Part shown: positions 29,472-40,215 of the stretch, piece after piece
How positions within the stretch are numbered: position 1 is the first letter of the stretch
How the letters are laid out: each line of letters opens with the position of its first letter
Assembly: GCA_963821525.1 (NCBI GenBank)
Contig: CAWGED010000008.1
Location: forward strand, 192,001-256,000
DNA from: an uncultured Gemmatimonadales bacterium
GTDB lineage: Bacteria > Gemmatimonadota > Gemmatimonadetes > Gemmatimonadales > GWC2-71-9
Direction of reading: 5' to 3'
Length of the DNA stretch: 64,000 nucleotides
Notes under the pieces: model-generated
Seen by the model: the letters and a program-made list of their open reading frames with translations, nothing else
Database searches by the model: none
Told to the model about the DNA's origin: nothing
Program-made: the position numbers and the translations under genes

Positions 29472-30962
29472 ATGCGGTCATTCATCACATCCGCCGTCGC
29501 ACTGATCTTCTTCACCATACCCGCTCATGCCCAGCGGCAATACCGCTTCGAGCTGGGAGCCTCCGCCGGGTACTACGCCTTCGACAGCAAGACCGAACTC
29601 GACAATGCCTTTGGTGGATCGCTTCGGGCAGGTTATTGGATAACCGGCCCCCTGTCGGTCGAAGTCGAAGGCAGTTATGCCAAGCCGAAGACCACGAGCT
29701 CCCTCAACAATGCCGTGGATGTGAAGAGCATCGGAGGTTGGGCTTTGCTCAACCTCCCCATAGGAAAATCGGCCTCCGGATTCCTCAAGGGAGGCTACGC
29801 CTCGGTGACCTACGGGAGCGGATGTCCCTCGGTCTCGGTTCCCGGAGCGGGGCCCTGCGGAACGGCGGGCGCGATCCAGGGAGGCGCCGGCGTACGCATC
29901 GCTCTGACACCGACCGTAATGATGCGCTACGAGGGAATGGTCAATCAGAGCCAGACCTTCCTGAAATTTTCCAATATCGCGGTACATGGCGGCCTGAGCC
30001 TCATGATCGGGAGCAAACCCCTGGTGGACACCGACGGGGATCGGGTCTACGACGGCTCCGACAATTGCGCCGGGACACCCGCAGGGGCATTGGTGGACAA
30101 GCACGGCTGCCCGACCGATACCGATGGGGATGGTGTAGCTGACGGGCTCGACCGGTGTCCGGACACCCCGGAAGGCGCCAAGGTAAACGCCGCCGGCTGC
30201 ACCGCCGACAGCGATGCGGACGGGGTGCTGGACGGGATCGACCAGTGCGCCGATACCCCGGTCGGCGCCACGGTGAGCGACAACGGCTGCCCGCTGGACG
30301 CGGACAAGGACGGTGTATACGACGGCCTGGATCGCTGCATGGCGACCCCCGAGGGCACCCAGGTCGATTCCCTGGGTTGCCCCAGCGATTCCGACAACGA
30401 CGGCGTGTTCGACGGGATCGACAAGTGTCCCAACACACCTTCCGGAACGACGGTGAACGCGATGGGATGCCCGCCGGGTCAGGACACCGACAAGGACGGC
30501 GTGCTCGACGCACTGGACAAGTGCCCCAATACGCCGCCCGCCACCGGGGTAGACCAGGATGGCTGTCCGGTCGCAGCTGCGCCTGTGCGGAAGCCGCCTC
30601 CGGTCGGCGCAAGTCACGCCTGGATGGTGCCGGGTGCCATGTTCCCGATGCGGAGCGCAGCACTCTCGCCCAAGGCCCAGCCGGTGCTCGATTCGGTGGC
30701 CACGGCGATGCTGGTGGACACCACCCTCAAGGCAACCGTCTCCGGGTATGCCCAGGATCGTCTGGTGCCAGGCGACAACACCAGGCTCTCACAGCAGAGG
30801 GCCGACGCAGTCCGCACCTACATCATGGGTAAGGGAGTATCGGCTCGGCGGATCACGGCGGTGGGCCGCGGTTCGCAATCGCTCATTGTAGCCGACACGA
30901 CCGAGGCGGCACGGACCATCAATCGACGGGTCGAGATCAAGCTCCAACCATTGGAGCCATAG
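29472..30962 (+). CDS. OmpA-family outer-membrane protein with six thrombospondin type-3-like repeats
   Basis: Signal peptide, beta-barrel strands, 6x DxDxDGVxDxxDxCxxTP...GC and C-terminal NxxLSxxRA...NRRVEI. Confidence 0.9.
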   Translation: MRSFITSAVALIFFTIPAHAQRQYRFELGASAGYYAFDSKTELDNAFGGSLRAGYWITGPLSVEVEGSYAKPKTTSSLNNAVDVKSIGGWALLNLPIGKSASGFLKGGYASVTYGSGCPSVSVPGAGPCGTAGAIQGGAGVRIALTPTVMMRYEGMVNQSQTFLKFSNIAVHGGLSLMIGSKPLVDTDGDRVYDGSDNCAGTPAGALVDKHGCPTDTDGDGVADGLDRCPDTPEGAKVNAAGCTADSDADGVLDGIDQCADTPVGATVSDNGCPLDADKDGVYDGLDRCMATPEGTQVDSLGCPSDSDNDGVFDGIDKCPNTPSGTTVNAMGCPPGQDTDKDGVLDALDKCPNTPPATGVDQDGCPVAAAPVRKPPPVGASHAWMVPGAMFPMRSAALSPKAQPVLDSVATAMLVDTTLKATVSGYAQDRLVPGDNTRLSQQRADAVRTYIMGKGVSARRITAVGRGSQSLIVADTTEAARTINRRVEIKLQPLEP

Positions 30963-31073
30963 CGAGATACACCACCCGCTCTACCGGGAAGGTGAGCACG
31001 GACCTTGCGGAGCCCTAGCCCCAGCTACGCGGCTCCGCTCCGTCGGCTCCTCTTTCCTGCAAGGCGATAGAGC

Positions 31074-32320
31074 ATGATGCGCGTTCGTTTGAGTCCTCTG
31101 ATCCTGGCTCTGGCCTTGGGCGCCCCGGTTGCCGAGGCGCAGGTCAACCGCTCCTGGGGAGATGAGCTCCGCCTGGTGCCGTCCCCCGAGCGCCTGGTTC
31201 CGGTGGCACCCCGCCAGCTGGAGCCGCTCGATTGGCCGGCGCCCCCCAGGACCACCTCCCCATCTGCGGTTCGCGCCATCTACCTCAACGCCTGGGCCTT
31301 CGGCGGGAAGCGCTTCTACGATCTCGTCCGGCTCGCCGACTCGACCGAGATCAACTCTTTCGTCGTGGACGTCAAGGACGACACCGGGTACCTGACCTAC
31401 AAGTCGTCGGTCCCCACGGCCATTCAAATCGGTGCCAACCCTCAACTCCGCGCCCGCGATGCAGCGGCTCGAGTCCGCTAAATGCTGGCGCACGGGATCC
31501 ATCCCATCGCCCGGATCGTGGTGGCGAAGGATCCGCTGCTGGCGTCGCACAAGCCGGCGTGGGCGGTGCAGATCGCCGGCGGCGGAGTCTGGCGTGACCG
31601 GCTCGACTTCGCCTGGGTCGATGCCTTCAACGATTCAGTGTGGGTCTACGCCTCGCAGCTCGCGGCCGAGGCAGTGCAGATGGGATTTGCCGAGGTGCAG
31701 TTCGATTACGTCCGCTTCCCCGATGAGCCCAGAGCCCGGATGGCGAACGCGATGTTTCCGGCTCGCCGCGCCGGAGAGACCACGCGGCATGGAGTGCGCC
31801 GCAACCTCAAGCTGCTGCGGGACCGGATAAAGCCGCTCGGGGTCCCCTTCACCATCGACGTCTTCGGGATGACGACCAACGTCGAAGTGGACATGGGGAT
31901 CGGGCAGGTGTGGGAGGATCTGGTCAGCACCGCGGACGTGGTGCTCCCGATGGTCTATCCCAGCCATTACTACAACTCGATGTACGGCGTGCGACGGCCC
32001 AACACCGAGCCCTATCGTGATCGTGAGGAGCGCACTCGAGGACGGGATACGGCGGAGTCAGAAAGTCGGTGGGCCCACCGCGGCGATCCGGCCTTACCTG
32101 CAGGCGTTCACGCTGGGCCTGCCCCGTTACACGCCCGACCACGTGCGGGACGCAGATCCGGGCGGCGCATGACGCCGGGATTGACTCGTGGGTGCTGTGG
32201 AACGCGCGGGCAGCCTACGACCCGAGAATCTTCGAAGCGGCCAACCGAAAGTCGATTGTGCGCGCGGTCAGCGAGGTCGAGCCCCCGCGCACCGCTCCGC
32301 CTCAGCCCGAAGGACACTGA
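31074..32320 (+). CDS. Putative glycoside hydrolase (DUF4015-like); in-frame TAA at 31479 and frameshifts near 32020 and 32150
   Basis: VRAIYL, VVDVKDDTG, IARIVVAKD, QFDYVRFP, PMVYPSHY, RPYLQAF and LWNA. Confidence 0.78.
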
Positions 32321-32326
32321 GGCTGA

Positions 32327-34372
32327 TCAGCCTCCGCCAACCACGGCCGGACTTTCCCAGCCGGTGATGTAACCGGCCAGCGCACTCGCCGCAGTGGTGT
32401 AAGGACTCGCCAGATACAACTGACCCGGTCCCGAGCGCCCCGGAAAGTTCCGATTGATGGCGCTGACGGTGACCGTTTCCCGATCGTAGCTGACGCCGGG
32501 ACCCGCGTTGATGCAGGCGCCGCAAGACGGCTCGATGATCTCCGCCCCCACCGCCCGAAAGACCTCGACGTAGCCCCGCTGCTCGGCATAGCGCTTCACG
32601 TCCTGGCTGCCGAACTGGATGTAGAACCGCACATCGGGATGAACCTTCTCTCCCGCGTCGGCCGCCTCCCTGAGCACCGCGGCGTACATGTCCATGTCTT
32701 CCTTCTTGCCGGCGGTGCAGCTTCCCGCGTACGCGATGTCCACCTTCACCATCCGGCCCAGTTCGCTGATGTAGAGTGCCGTTGCCGGGGTCACCGGGCA
32801 ACGCGACCATCGGCTGCAGGGCTCGGCGGCGTCGATCTCGATCACCTCGTCATACTCCGCATCGGGATCGGACTCGAGACCCTGGAGCAGCGCGGCCGCG
32901 TCGCGCGCGCGGCATGCCCGCGCTCCCGCACCAGGTAATCCACGGCCTTCTCGTCGGGCTTGATGATGCCGGTGAAGGCCCCGACTTCGGCGGCCATGTT
33001 GGTCATCGTGGCCCGCTCGTCGATCGAGAGCGCCTGCACCGCCTCTCCGGCGTACTCGACGATCTTGCCGATCGCCTGCCCGTTCTTGACATACGGGATG
33101 GCGGAGGATCTGGAGCATGAAGTCCTTCGCGGTCACGTTGGCCGGCTTGGCGCCCTTCACGCGGATCAGTACCGCCGCGGCACCGTGAGACGGACGTCGC
33201 GCGGTGAGCCAGGAATTGAAGATCGCCGTGGTGCCGACCCCGAACGCCAGGCTGCCCATGGCGCCGCTGTGCGGAGTGTGGCTGTCGCTGCCGATGATGA
33301 CCTGTCGCCGGGAAGAGCGTGCTGCTCCAGCATCTTGGAGTGACAGATCGCCTCGGAGCCGTGCGCCACCATGTTGCGGCCCAGATCGCGGCAGCTCCCC
33401 GTAGAGCTGGATGCCCTGCTGCGCGGCAAACTCCTCCTGCTTCTTCTTCAGCTCGAGCGCCACGTCGAGCAGGCCCTCCGCCTTCCGCTCGTGGGTCATC
33501 GCCAGGTCGAGGAACGTCAGATGGTCCCGGAAAAAGAAGATCGATCCGGGATCCACCACCTTCTCCTCGGGCCCGACGTTGTCGCGCCAGAAGATGGCGG
33601 CCATCGGGGTCACGTATTCGTGGCTGAAGCGAATGTCGGTGCGAACGAATCCCTCGTCTCCCGGGCGCACCGCGGGAACCCCGATCTTGCCCGAGGCAGA
33701 TCGGTTACCCAGTGGCGGGCGATGATCTTCTCGGCCAGCGTCATGGGGCGGACCGGCGTCGTGACGACCGGCACCGCAACTTTGCCCTGGAGGCGGGCAA
33801 CGTTGTAGTTGAAAAGCCCGCCGTGCTCGATGATGCCCCGGGTGATGCCGCCTTCGCCGTCGGTGAAGACCGACAGCGGGATGGTCTCTCCCCGGCGCAT
33901 CCGGTCAATGCAGCGAGAAATCGGTGCTGGTGAAGACTCCGAGGTTCTGGCAGTTCTCCCGGTAGATCCGCTCGATGTTCTCCGCGATCACCAGCCGGAT
34001 GCCGGCCATCATCTCCGCGTAGGGAGACTGCTCCCGGCTCGAGCCCTTGCCCCGCCGCTTGCCGCTCACCGAGGCCACGAAGCCGCCCTGCTTCACGGAC
34101 CCGCGCGTGATGGGAAAGTCCTGCCCGGCCTTGAGTCCGAGGTAGGGAAATTCGCCCAGCGTCTCGTCGTAGTAGTAGCAGATGTAGGCCGGCGTGATCT
34201 CGTCGGTCGAGATGTCGTCGCGAAGGGGGATCTCCGGAGTCCACTCGAGATCCTCGCCTGCCAGCTGCCGCCGGATGAGCTCGGGATCGGTGGTCAGAAA
34301 CAGGATTCGGCCGTCGAGCCGCACCTGGTCCGGCAAACGATGGATGGGACGGGATTTGAGCGAATCAAGCAT
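32327..34372 (-). CDS. Aconitase/isopropylmalate-dehydratase family fusion with N-terminal swivel (LeuD-like) domain; multiple frameshifts
   Basis: DISTDEITP, GSSRE, MTLAEKI, ICH, SDSHT, NMAAE, AGSCT, PSCGAC, NRNFPGR and LASP. Confidence 0.85.
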
Positions 34373-34468
34373 TCAGGAAGACTCGGTTGATCAGGCGGGA
34401 AAGATGGAACCACCAGTCAGCGGGAGCAAGGATTGGACCGCCCATCGGTCACCGCTACCATTGAAGCC

Positions 34469-35482
34469 ATGCCCGCCTGGTCCTTCGCCTTGTTGACGCT
34501 GCTCGTCGCCACGTCCGCATCCGCACAGGACAGTGTCAGGTCCGTTCATGCGCGAGTTCACCAGTCGGGCACGCTTAGAAACCCGCGCATCATGGGCCTG
34601 CAACGGCCGCAGGCGGCCCAGTCGTCCCCGCCTCAGCAGGTGGACGAGGAGGATTCCCTCTACCTCCGATTCCCCTCCTCGGGGACGAGCAAGGCCTCGC
34701 CTCCAGCTCCCACGGTCCACCGAAGTCCGCCGGTCATCGTAAGTCGTCAGCAACGCAACGTGCTCTGGGTCCTCGCAGCCGAGGGCGATGAGACGGAAAT
34801 CTATGCCACCGACACCACGGGCCGTGACCTGGGAACCTGGCGGGTGGATGCACTCTACACCGAGTGGACGGCGCTGGCGGTGGGCCGCTGCGATCAGAAG
34901 ACCTGCATCTACATCGGTGACCTGGGCGACAGTCTGAAGCGGCGCGGCACGGTCCAGTTGTACCGCTTCGAGGAGCCATTGCTCGCATTCGACCGGATTC
35001 CCCGGACCTACAGTGTCACCGGAGTGCAGAAGATCATCGTGGGCTATCCCGACGGCGCGCACGACGCCCGGGCGCTGAGCGTCACCTCCGATGGAACCGT
35101 GCTGATTCTTACCAGCGGTCTCGACGGGAAATCCCGACTCTACTCCGTCCCATCGGATACCTGGTTCAGAGGCAGCACCAGAGTCGATGCTCACAGCGCA
35201 GGCACCGTAGCCGTCGACATCCATCGCTATGGCCCCCTGACGGGAATCACGCGGACCGCCACCGGAGGCTTCGTGGCTCGGCAGGCGAACAGCCTGACCT
35301 TCCTTACCCGTGGCCAGAGCGGAATGGTTCCAGACCCTTCACGTCCCACGTGCGAGCTTCCCGCGGGCGATCAGAGTGGTCTCGGCGTTGACTGGCTCGA
35401 TAGCCGTCGCTTCATCATCAGCACTGTGCAGGGATTCAATCCCACGCCGCTGTTGAGCGTCGCCGAATGTCCTGAGCCATGA
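34469..35482 (+). CDS. Secreted hypothetical protein, probable beta-propeller
   Basis: Signal peptide; W..LAVG, IYIGDLGD, YRFEEP and YPDGAHDA motifs. Confidence 0.6.
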   Translation: MPAWSFALLTLLVATSASAQDSVRSVHARVHQSGTLRNPRIMGLQRPQAAQSSPPQQVDEEDSLYLRFPSSGTSKASPPAPTVHRSPPVIVSRQQRNVLWVLAAEGDETEIYATDTTGRDLGTWRVDALYTEWTALAVGRCDQKTCIYIGDLGDSLKRRGTVQLYRFEEPLLAFDRIPRTYSVTGVQKIIVGYPDGAHDARALSVTSDGTVLILTSGLDGKSRLYSVPSDTWFRGSTRVDAHSAGTVAVDIHRYGPLTGITRTATGGFVARQANSLTFLTRGQSGMVPDPSRPTCELPAGDQSGLGVDWLDSRRFIISTVQGFNPTPLLSVAECPEP

Positions 35483-36399
35483 AGACTCTCTCGGGCCGAG
35501 CAAAGCGATGGGGCGCGGTGGTGCTCGTCGCCTTTGCGGCGTGGATCGCCTGGATTCAGCCCAACCGGCGACATTCGGTTCACCAGGCAGAGTATATCGA
35601 CGCTGGAGGCGTCAGGCTTCGTGCGCTTCGGGCCGGCACCGGCGATACCACGCTGCTCTTCCTCCACGGCTACGGAGAATCGCTCCTCAGCTGGCGACTC
35701 GTACTGGACCGTTTCACCTCTCGCTTCCGCGTACTCGCCGTGGACCTGCCAGGGTTCGGACTTAGCGACAAGCCGGATGGTCCCTATACGACAGAATTCA
35801 TGGAGTCGGTGCTCTCGGATCTGATCGCCCACTCCACATCGGGTCCGCTCGTTGTGGTAGGCCACTCGATGGGTGGACAACTCGCAGCGCAGCTGGCCCT
35901 CGATCATCCAGACCGCGTCATTGCCGCGGTTCTGATCGCGCCAGGAGGAGCGGGAATCAGCCCCTTATTCGGAGACACGGCCGGTGTGGCATTCGCCGCC
36001 GCGCGGTGGGTCGCGAGCGCCGCGGGCTATGTCCTTCCGGTCCATGATCAGGGGTGGCTCGGCGAAACGAGGGCGAACGCGAAATACATCCCCAGCGAGG
36101 ATTCATTGGCGCTTGCCGCGTCACGAAAAATCCTGGATCAATTCGACTTCTCGGCAATCAACGGGAGATATGCCGATTTGCATCAGCCGGTGCTGCTCCT
36201 CTGGGGCCGGAACGACCCGACGATCCCGCTGGGCATCGGCGAGCGGATCGCCGGTCTGCTGCCCTGCCGCCGATTCGTGGTCCTGAACGCGACGCTGCAC
36301 CGTCCCCAGCAGACCAGGCCCGACACTGTCGCGACCGAGATGCTACGGTTCCTCGATCACCCCACCTGCGACAAGTCATCCGAGCCACCTGCCGAGTAA
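35479..36399 (+). CDS. Alpha/beta-fold hydrolase
   Basis: LHG, DLPGFG.SD, GHSMGG and WGRND. Confidence 0.88.
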   Translation: MKTLSGRAKRWGAVVLVAFAAWIAWIQPNRRHSVHQAEYIDAGGVRLRALRAGTGDTTLLFLHGYGESLLSWRLVLDRFTSRFRVLAVDLPGFGLSDKPDGPYTTEFMESVLSDLIAHSTSGPLVVVGHSMGGQLAAQLALDHPDRVIAAVLIAPGGAGISPLFGDTAGVAFAAARWVASAAGYVLPVHDQGWLGETRANAKYIPSEDSLALAASRKILDQFDFSAINGRYADLHQPVLLLWGRNDPTIPLGIGERIAGLLPCRRFVVLNATLHRPQQTRPDTVATEMLRFLDHPTCDKSSEPPAE

Positions 36400-36545
36400 G
36401 CCAAATCTGCTGCTCGGCACGTTTGCTCGTAAGGCATTACAGGGTAACATGTTAAGGTTATTTCCAAGGAAGGGCGTGACAATCCGACCCGCAAACGTGG
36501 CGTAACTTCAACCCTCCGACTATTTTCACGCCCCGATTTCCCAAC

Positions 36546-37669
36546 ATGGGGGCTTTCTGGAGCTACCGAACCACCACCGGGTTCCTCTGACATGGCTGTT
36601 GGCCCATGGCGGAGAGGTAATCCGTTACCGAACACATGCCGAACTGGCGCCGCCTGGAACGGTGGCATCCGAGACCCTTGAAGCCGATCGCGCCGCCATC
36701 GAGTCGGGGAAGGCGGCCCAAGGCGTCATCAAGAAGCAAAAGGAGACAGGGGTCTGGGGCGGTAACATGCTCGGCCTCGCAGCGGCCCCGGCACAGGGCA
36801 TCAGGGATGTAGGCACCATTCCTCAGTATCGGCGCCTGATTCAGCTCTCCTTGCCGCCGTCGCAGAGGCCATTCAAGCTGGCGGACCGAGTCCTGTTCCG
36901 GCTGCTGTCGCGGGACGAGGATCCCAGTCTGCTGTTCGAGTTCCTGAAATTCGCGAAGTCGGAGCCTCGCGCCGTCGAGTGGGCGCGAAACGTCCTCCGT
37001 GAAGCTGCCTCGGCCGCACTAGCCGAGGGCGGGCACATAGAGGATCCTCGTTTGCGGGGCGCGGCGCACAAGATCGCGTCCAACGTATCGCAATTCCTTC
37101 GCAGTCCGATTGCCGAAAAGCCATTCGTGCGCTCGGGCAGCGCCTCAGTGCTTCATCCCGAAGCCTATCCGCCAACCTGGTATTCGGTGGCGATGATCGC
37201 CGCAATGCCGAACCTCCAGCGGGAGCGGGCGGGATTCACCGAGCGGCTGGGACACTACCTGGCTCAACCGGCGCCCAAGAAGGCGTACGCCATCGCGCTG
37301 GGGAAGAAACGCATCAAGCCGCAGCATCTCCTCCTGGGAGATCCGATCGAAGCCGACGGCAAGGGGATGCCGAAAGATCTGCCCCTCGCCCTGCACTTCA
37401 TCGAGTTGCTCGCCCGCATCGGGGCGCTGCACACGGCTCCGGTCGCCACGAAGGTTCTTGCCCGCCTGCTCAAGGACTGCGATGAGTTCGGGATCTGGAG
37501 TCCAAAAGGACTCCGCGGGGCGCCAAAGGCTCTCAACAAGATCACGTATCACTGCTTCCCGCTGGACGTCGATGCGAAGGAACCTGACTCGCGGCAGACC
37601 GACGTGACCTTCCGGCTGGCATTAATCGCGAAGACCCTGGGCTGGCAGCTCGAGTACGTGCAGAAGTAA
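36546..37669 (+). CDS. Conserved hypothetical protein (helical); start probably ATG 36546 with an indel in a G run
   Basis: Long ORF with coding-like composition. The frame extends upstream as FLELPNHHRVPLTWLL. Confidence 0.65.
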
Positions 37670-37676
37670 CTGCTCA

Positions 37677-37761
37677 AACGCGGAAGACGCGGAACACGCA
37701 GATGGCCGCGGAAATTCAAAAGTGTTCCGCGTGATCAGCGTTCTTCCGCGTGCTCCGCGGT
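37677..37761. repeat. Inverted 9-mer array (ACGCGGAAG-like ... TTCCGCGT)
   Basis: Read directly from the sequence. Confidence 0.75.
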
Positions 37762-37851
37762 ATGCTTTTGAGATCTCTCCGATTACTCGAAATCACTGAA
37801 CTGGGCTTCAGAGTTCTTGCACCGGCGCAGAAAGTAGCCCATACTACTACC

Positions 37852-38544
37852 ATGCCGGCTCCGCCGATCGATCTCACACCATTCGGCTTTACTCCCACCG
37901 AAAGCCGGGTATATGAGGTTCTTCTGGCGGATGGCCCCGGTACCGGGTACGCCATAGCCCGCTCCGCGGGACTCGCTCGGGCCAATGCCTATAGCGCGCT
38001 GGAAGGGCTGGTCACCAAGGGCGCGGCGAGGCATGACGACGGACAGCCCAAACGATTCCGCCCCGAGCCACCCCAGGCAGTCCTCGCCCGAATCTCCAGC
38101 GCCCAGGGGCAGGCCATCGAGGAATTGAGTCGGGCCCTGGACTCCTTCGGCGCCCCGGCATCCGCCGCCATCGTGGAAATCGAATCGCCGAAGGCGGCTC
38201 TTCAACTGCTCACACATGACATCGGCCGGGCCGAGCGTTCGGTGAACCTGATCGCCCCGGCCGAAGCCTATCCGCTGCTGGCCCTCGTGCTCCGGCGCGC
38301 CGTCGCGGCCCAGCTCTCCGTCTCCCTCTACGCCCAGGTTCAGGTGAGCCTTCCGTTCGCACGGATTGAAGCGATTCCCGGCGGATTTGACTGGCCGGGA
38401 ATTCCCCTCGTGGCCATCGTCGACGAGCGAACCGCGGTCATCGCCTCGCGCGATAATTCCGAGGTGCGCGGGCATTGGAGCATGACACCAGCCTTCATCG
38501 CGGCGGCCCGACTGGCCTTTGACGGTCTCCGGGGATCAGCATGA
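37852..38544 (+). CDS. TrmB-family transcriptional regulator
   Basis: FGFTPTESRVY..LL, TGYAIA and R.NAY.AL..L..KG winged HTH. Confidence 0.8.
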   Translation: MPAPPIDLTPFGFTPTESRVYEVLLADGPGTGYAIARSAGLARANAYSALEGLVTKGAARHDDGQPKRFRPEPPQAVLARISSAQGQAIEELSRALDSFGAPASAAIVEIESPKAALQLLTHDIGRAERSVNLIAPAEAYPLLALVLRRAVAAQLSVSLYAQVQVSLPFARIEAIPGGFDWPGIPLVAIVDERTAVIASRDNSEVRGHWSMTPAFIAAARLAFDGLRGSA

Positions 38545-40163
38545 CGGACGAGCTCGACGAAGCCCTGGGTCAGCTGCGCCGCGAGTACCTGCTCGAAGCG
38601 CCGGGTCGACTCGCGGAGCTGCGAAAGGACCTCGCGGCCTTCCGCTCAGGAGAGACCGATGCGGCTGATTCGCTGACCCGGCGGTTCCACCGCCTCTCGG
38701 GCTCGGGCGGTTCCTACGGATTCCCCTCAATCAGCGAGATCAGTAAGCAGACCGAACACTGGCTCCAGGCTGAGCGGCCCTCCCCGACGCCAGAGCACGC
38801 TGCCCGGCTGGACGACGCGGTCAATCGTCTCTCGGCGGCCTTCGACGCGGCGGCGATCGAGATGGGCCTGCCCGACGCCGGTCCAGCGATGGCGGAGTTT
38901 GGATGGCGTGCCTTGGCGATCGGCCAGCCGGGGAAGCTGCGCGAGGAGATCGAGACCGCGATGCGGCTGAGCGGATTTCTGGTGCGAACCGAAACCGGCC
39001 TGGGAGAGCCCAAGGAGACCCATCTCTCGGAGCGCCCGGACCTGGTGGTAATCATCGCGGAGCCGGATACCGACTCTTATGCTACGGCGACGGCGTGGTC
39101 ACGCGCCGGAGTAGCGCGACCCCGCGCCATTGTGCTGGTAGACAAGACTGATACGACCGACCGGGTCCGCGCTCTCGCAGCTGGAATCGACGTGGTGATG
39201 CCGGCGGCGCGGGTGGGAGTCGAACTTCCCAAGTACGCCAAGACTCTCGCCCGGATTGGAAGCCCGCCGCCTCGAGTGCTCCTGATCGAGGAAGACACCG
39301 AGCAGGCGCATCTCATCACCTCGTGGCTCGAGCAGGTGAACGCTCGAGTGACTCACTGCCGAGACGGGCTCACGGCGCGGGAAACGCTGATCCGCGAGAC
39401 GCCGGATCTGGTGTTGATGGACACCCGTCTGCCGGGTCTCGATGGCCTCTCCCTCGCCCGGCTGATGCGGCAGGATTCACGATTCGGTCTCACTCCGATT
39501 GTGTTCCTGACCGCGCAGGACGGAGTCGCTACCCAGATCGAGGCTCTGCGGGCTGGGGCCGACCATTTCCTCATCGAACCGGTAGATCGAGACCTGCTGG
39601 CCCACCTCGTCATCAATCGGGCCGAGCGGGGAAGACGTCTCAGAGAAATGGTCCACCGTGATGGGCTCACCGGCCTGCTTAATCACGCGACCCTGATGGC
39701 GGAGCTGGAGCACACGATCGAATACTCCCGCCGTCACGGTGAGGGCTTCGTCTTCATGATGGTGGACGTGGACCACTTCAAACGGGTGAACGACCGGTAC
39801 GGTCACCTGATCGGAGACCAGGCCCTGCTTCACGTCGCCAAGGTCTTCCAGACTACGGCGCGGGCGAGCGACCTGATCGGCCGGTACGGCGGTGAAGAGT
39901 TCGGCCTGATCCTGCGCCGCACCGATCGGCAGGGCGCCGGGGTGCTCGCCAACAAGCTGCGCCAAGCCCTCGTGGAGCATCCGGCCGCGGTAGGGTCCGG
40001 AGAGAACATTTCGATCCGGGTTTGCATCGGAATCGCCTGCTTCCCGGATGACGCGCTCACGGCTGGCTCCCTGACCGAAAGCGCCGACCGGGCGCTCTAC
40101 TGCGCCAAGAGCGCGGGCCGGGACCAGATCGCCTTCGCCAGTCCGGAGCCGGTGCGCCAATAG
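38541..40163 (+). CDS. Diguanylate cyclase with Hpt, pseudo-receiver and receiver domains
   Basis: FHRLSGSGGSYGF (Hpt), PDLVLMD, DGLTGLLN, DVDHFK.VND.YGH, I-site RASD and GGEEF. Confidence 0.9.
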   Translation: MTDELDEALGQLRREYLLEAPGRLAELRKDLAAFRSGETDAADSLTRRFHRLSGSGGSYGFPSISEISKQTEHWLQAERPSPTPEHAARLDDAVNRLSAAFDAAAIEMGLPDAGPAMAEFGWRALAIGQPGKLREEIETAMRLSGFLVRTETGLGEPKETHLSERPDLVVIIAEPDTDSYATATAWSRAGVARPRAIVLVDKTDTTDRVRALAAGIDVVMPAARVGVELPKYAKTLARIGSPPPRVLLIEEDTEQAHLITSWLEQVNARVTHCRDGLTARETLIRETPDLVLMDTRLPGLDGLSLARLMRQDSRFGLTPIVFLTAQDGVATQIEALRAGADHFLIEPVDRDLLAHLVINRAERGRRLREMVHRDGLTGLLNHATLMAELEHTIEYSRRHGEGFVFMMVDVDHFKRVNDRYGHLIGDQALLHVAKVFQTTARASDLIGRYGGEEFGLILRRTDRQGAGVLANKLRQALVEHPAAVGSGENISIRVCIGIACFPDDALTAGSLTESADRALYCAKSAGRDQIAFASPEPVRQ

Positions 40164-40215
40164 CGCGTCGGCTTGGATGAGCTATTTTCAACCCAACGGT
40201 TGAAATGGCCCATCC

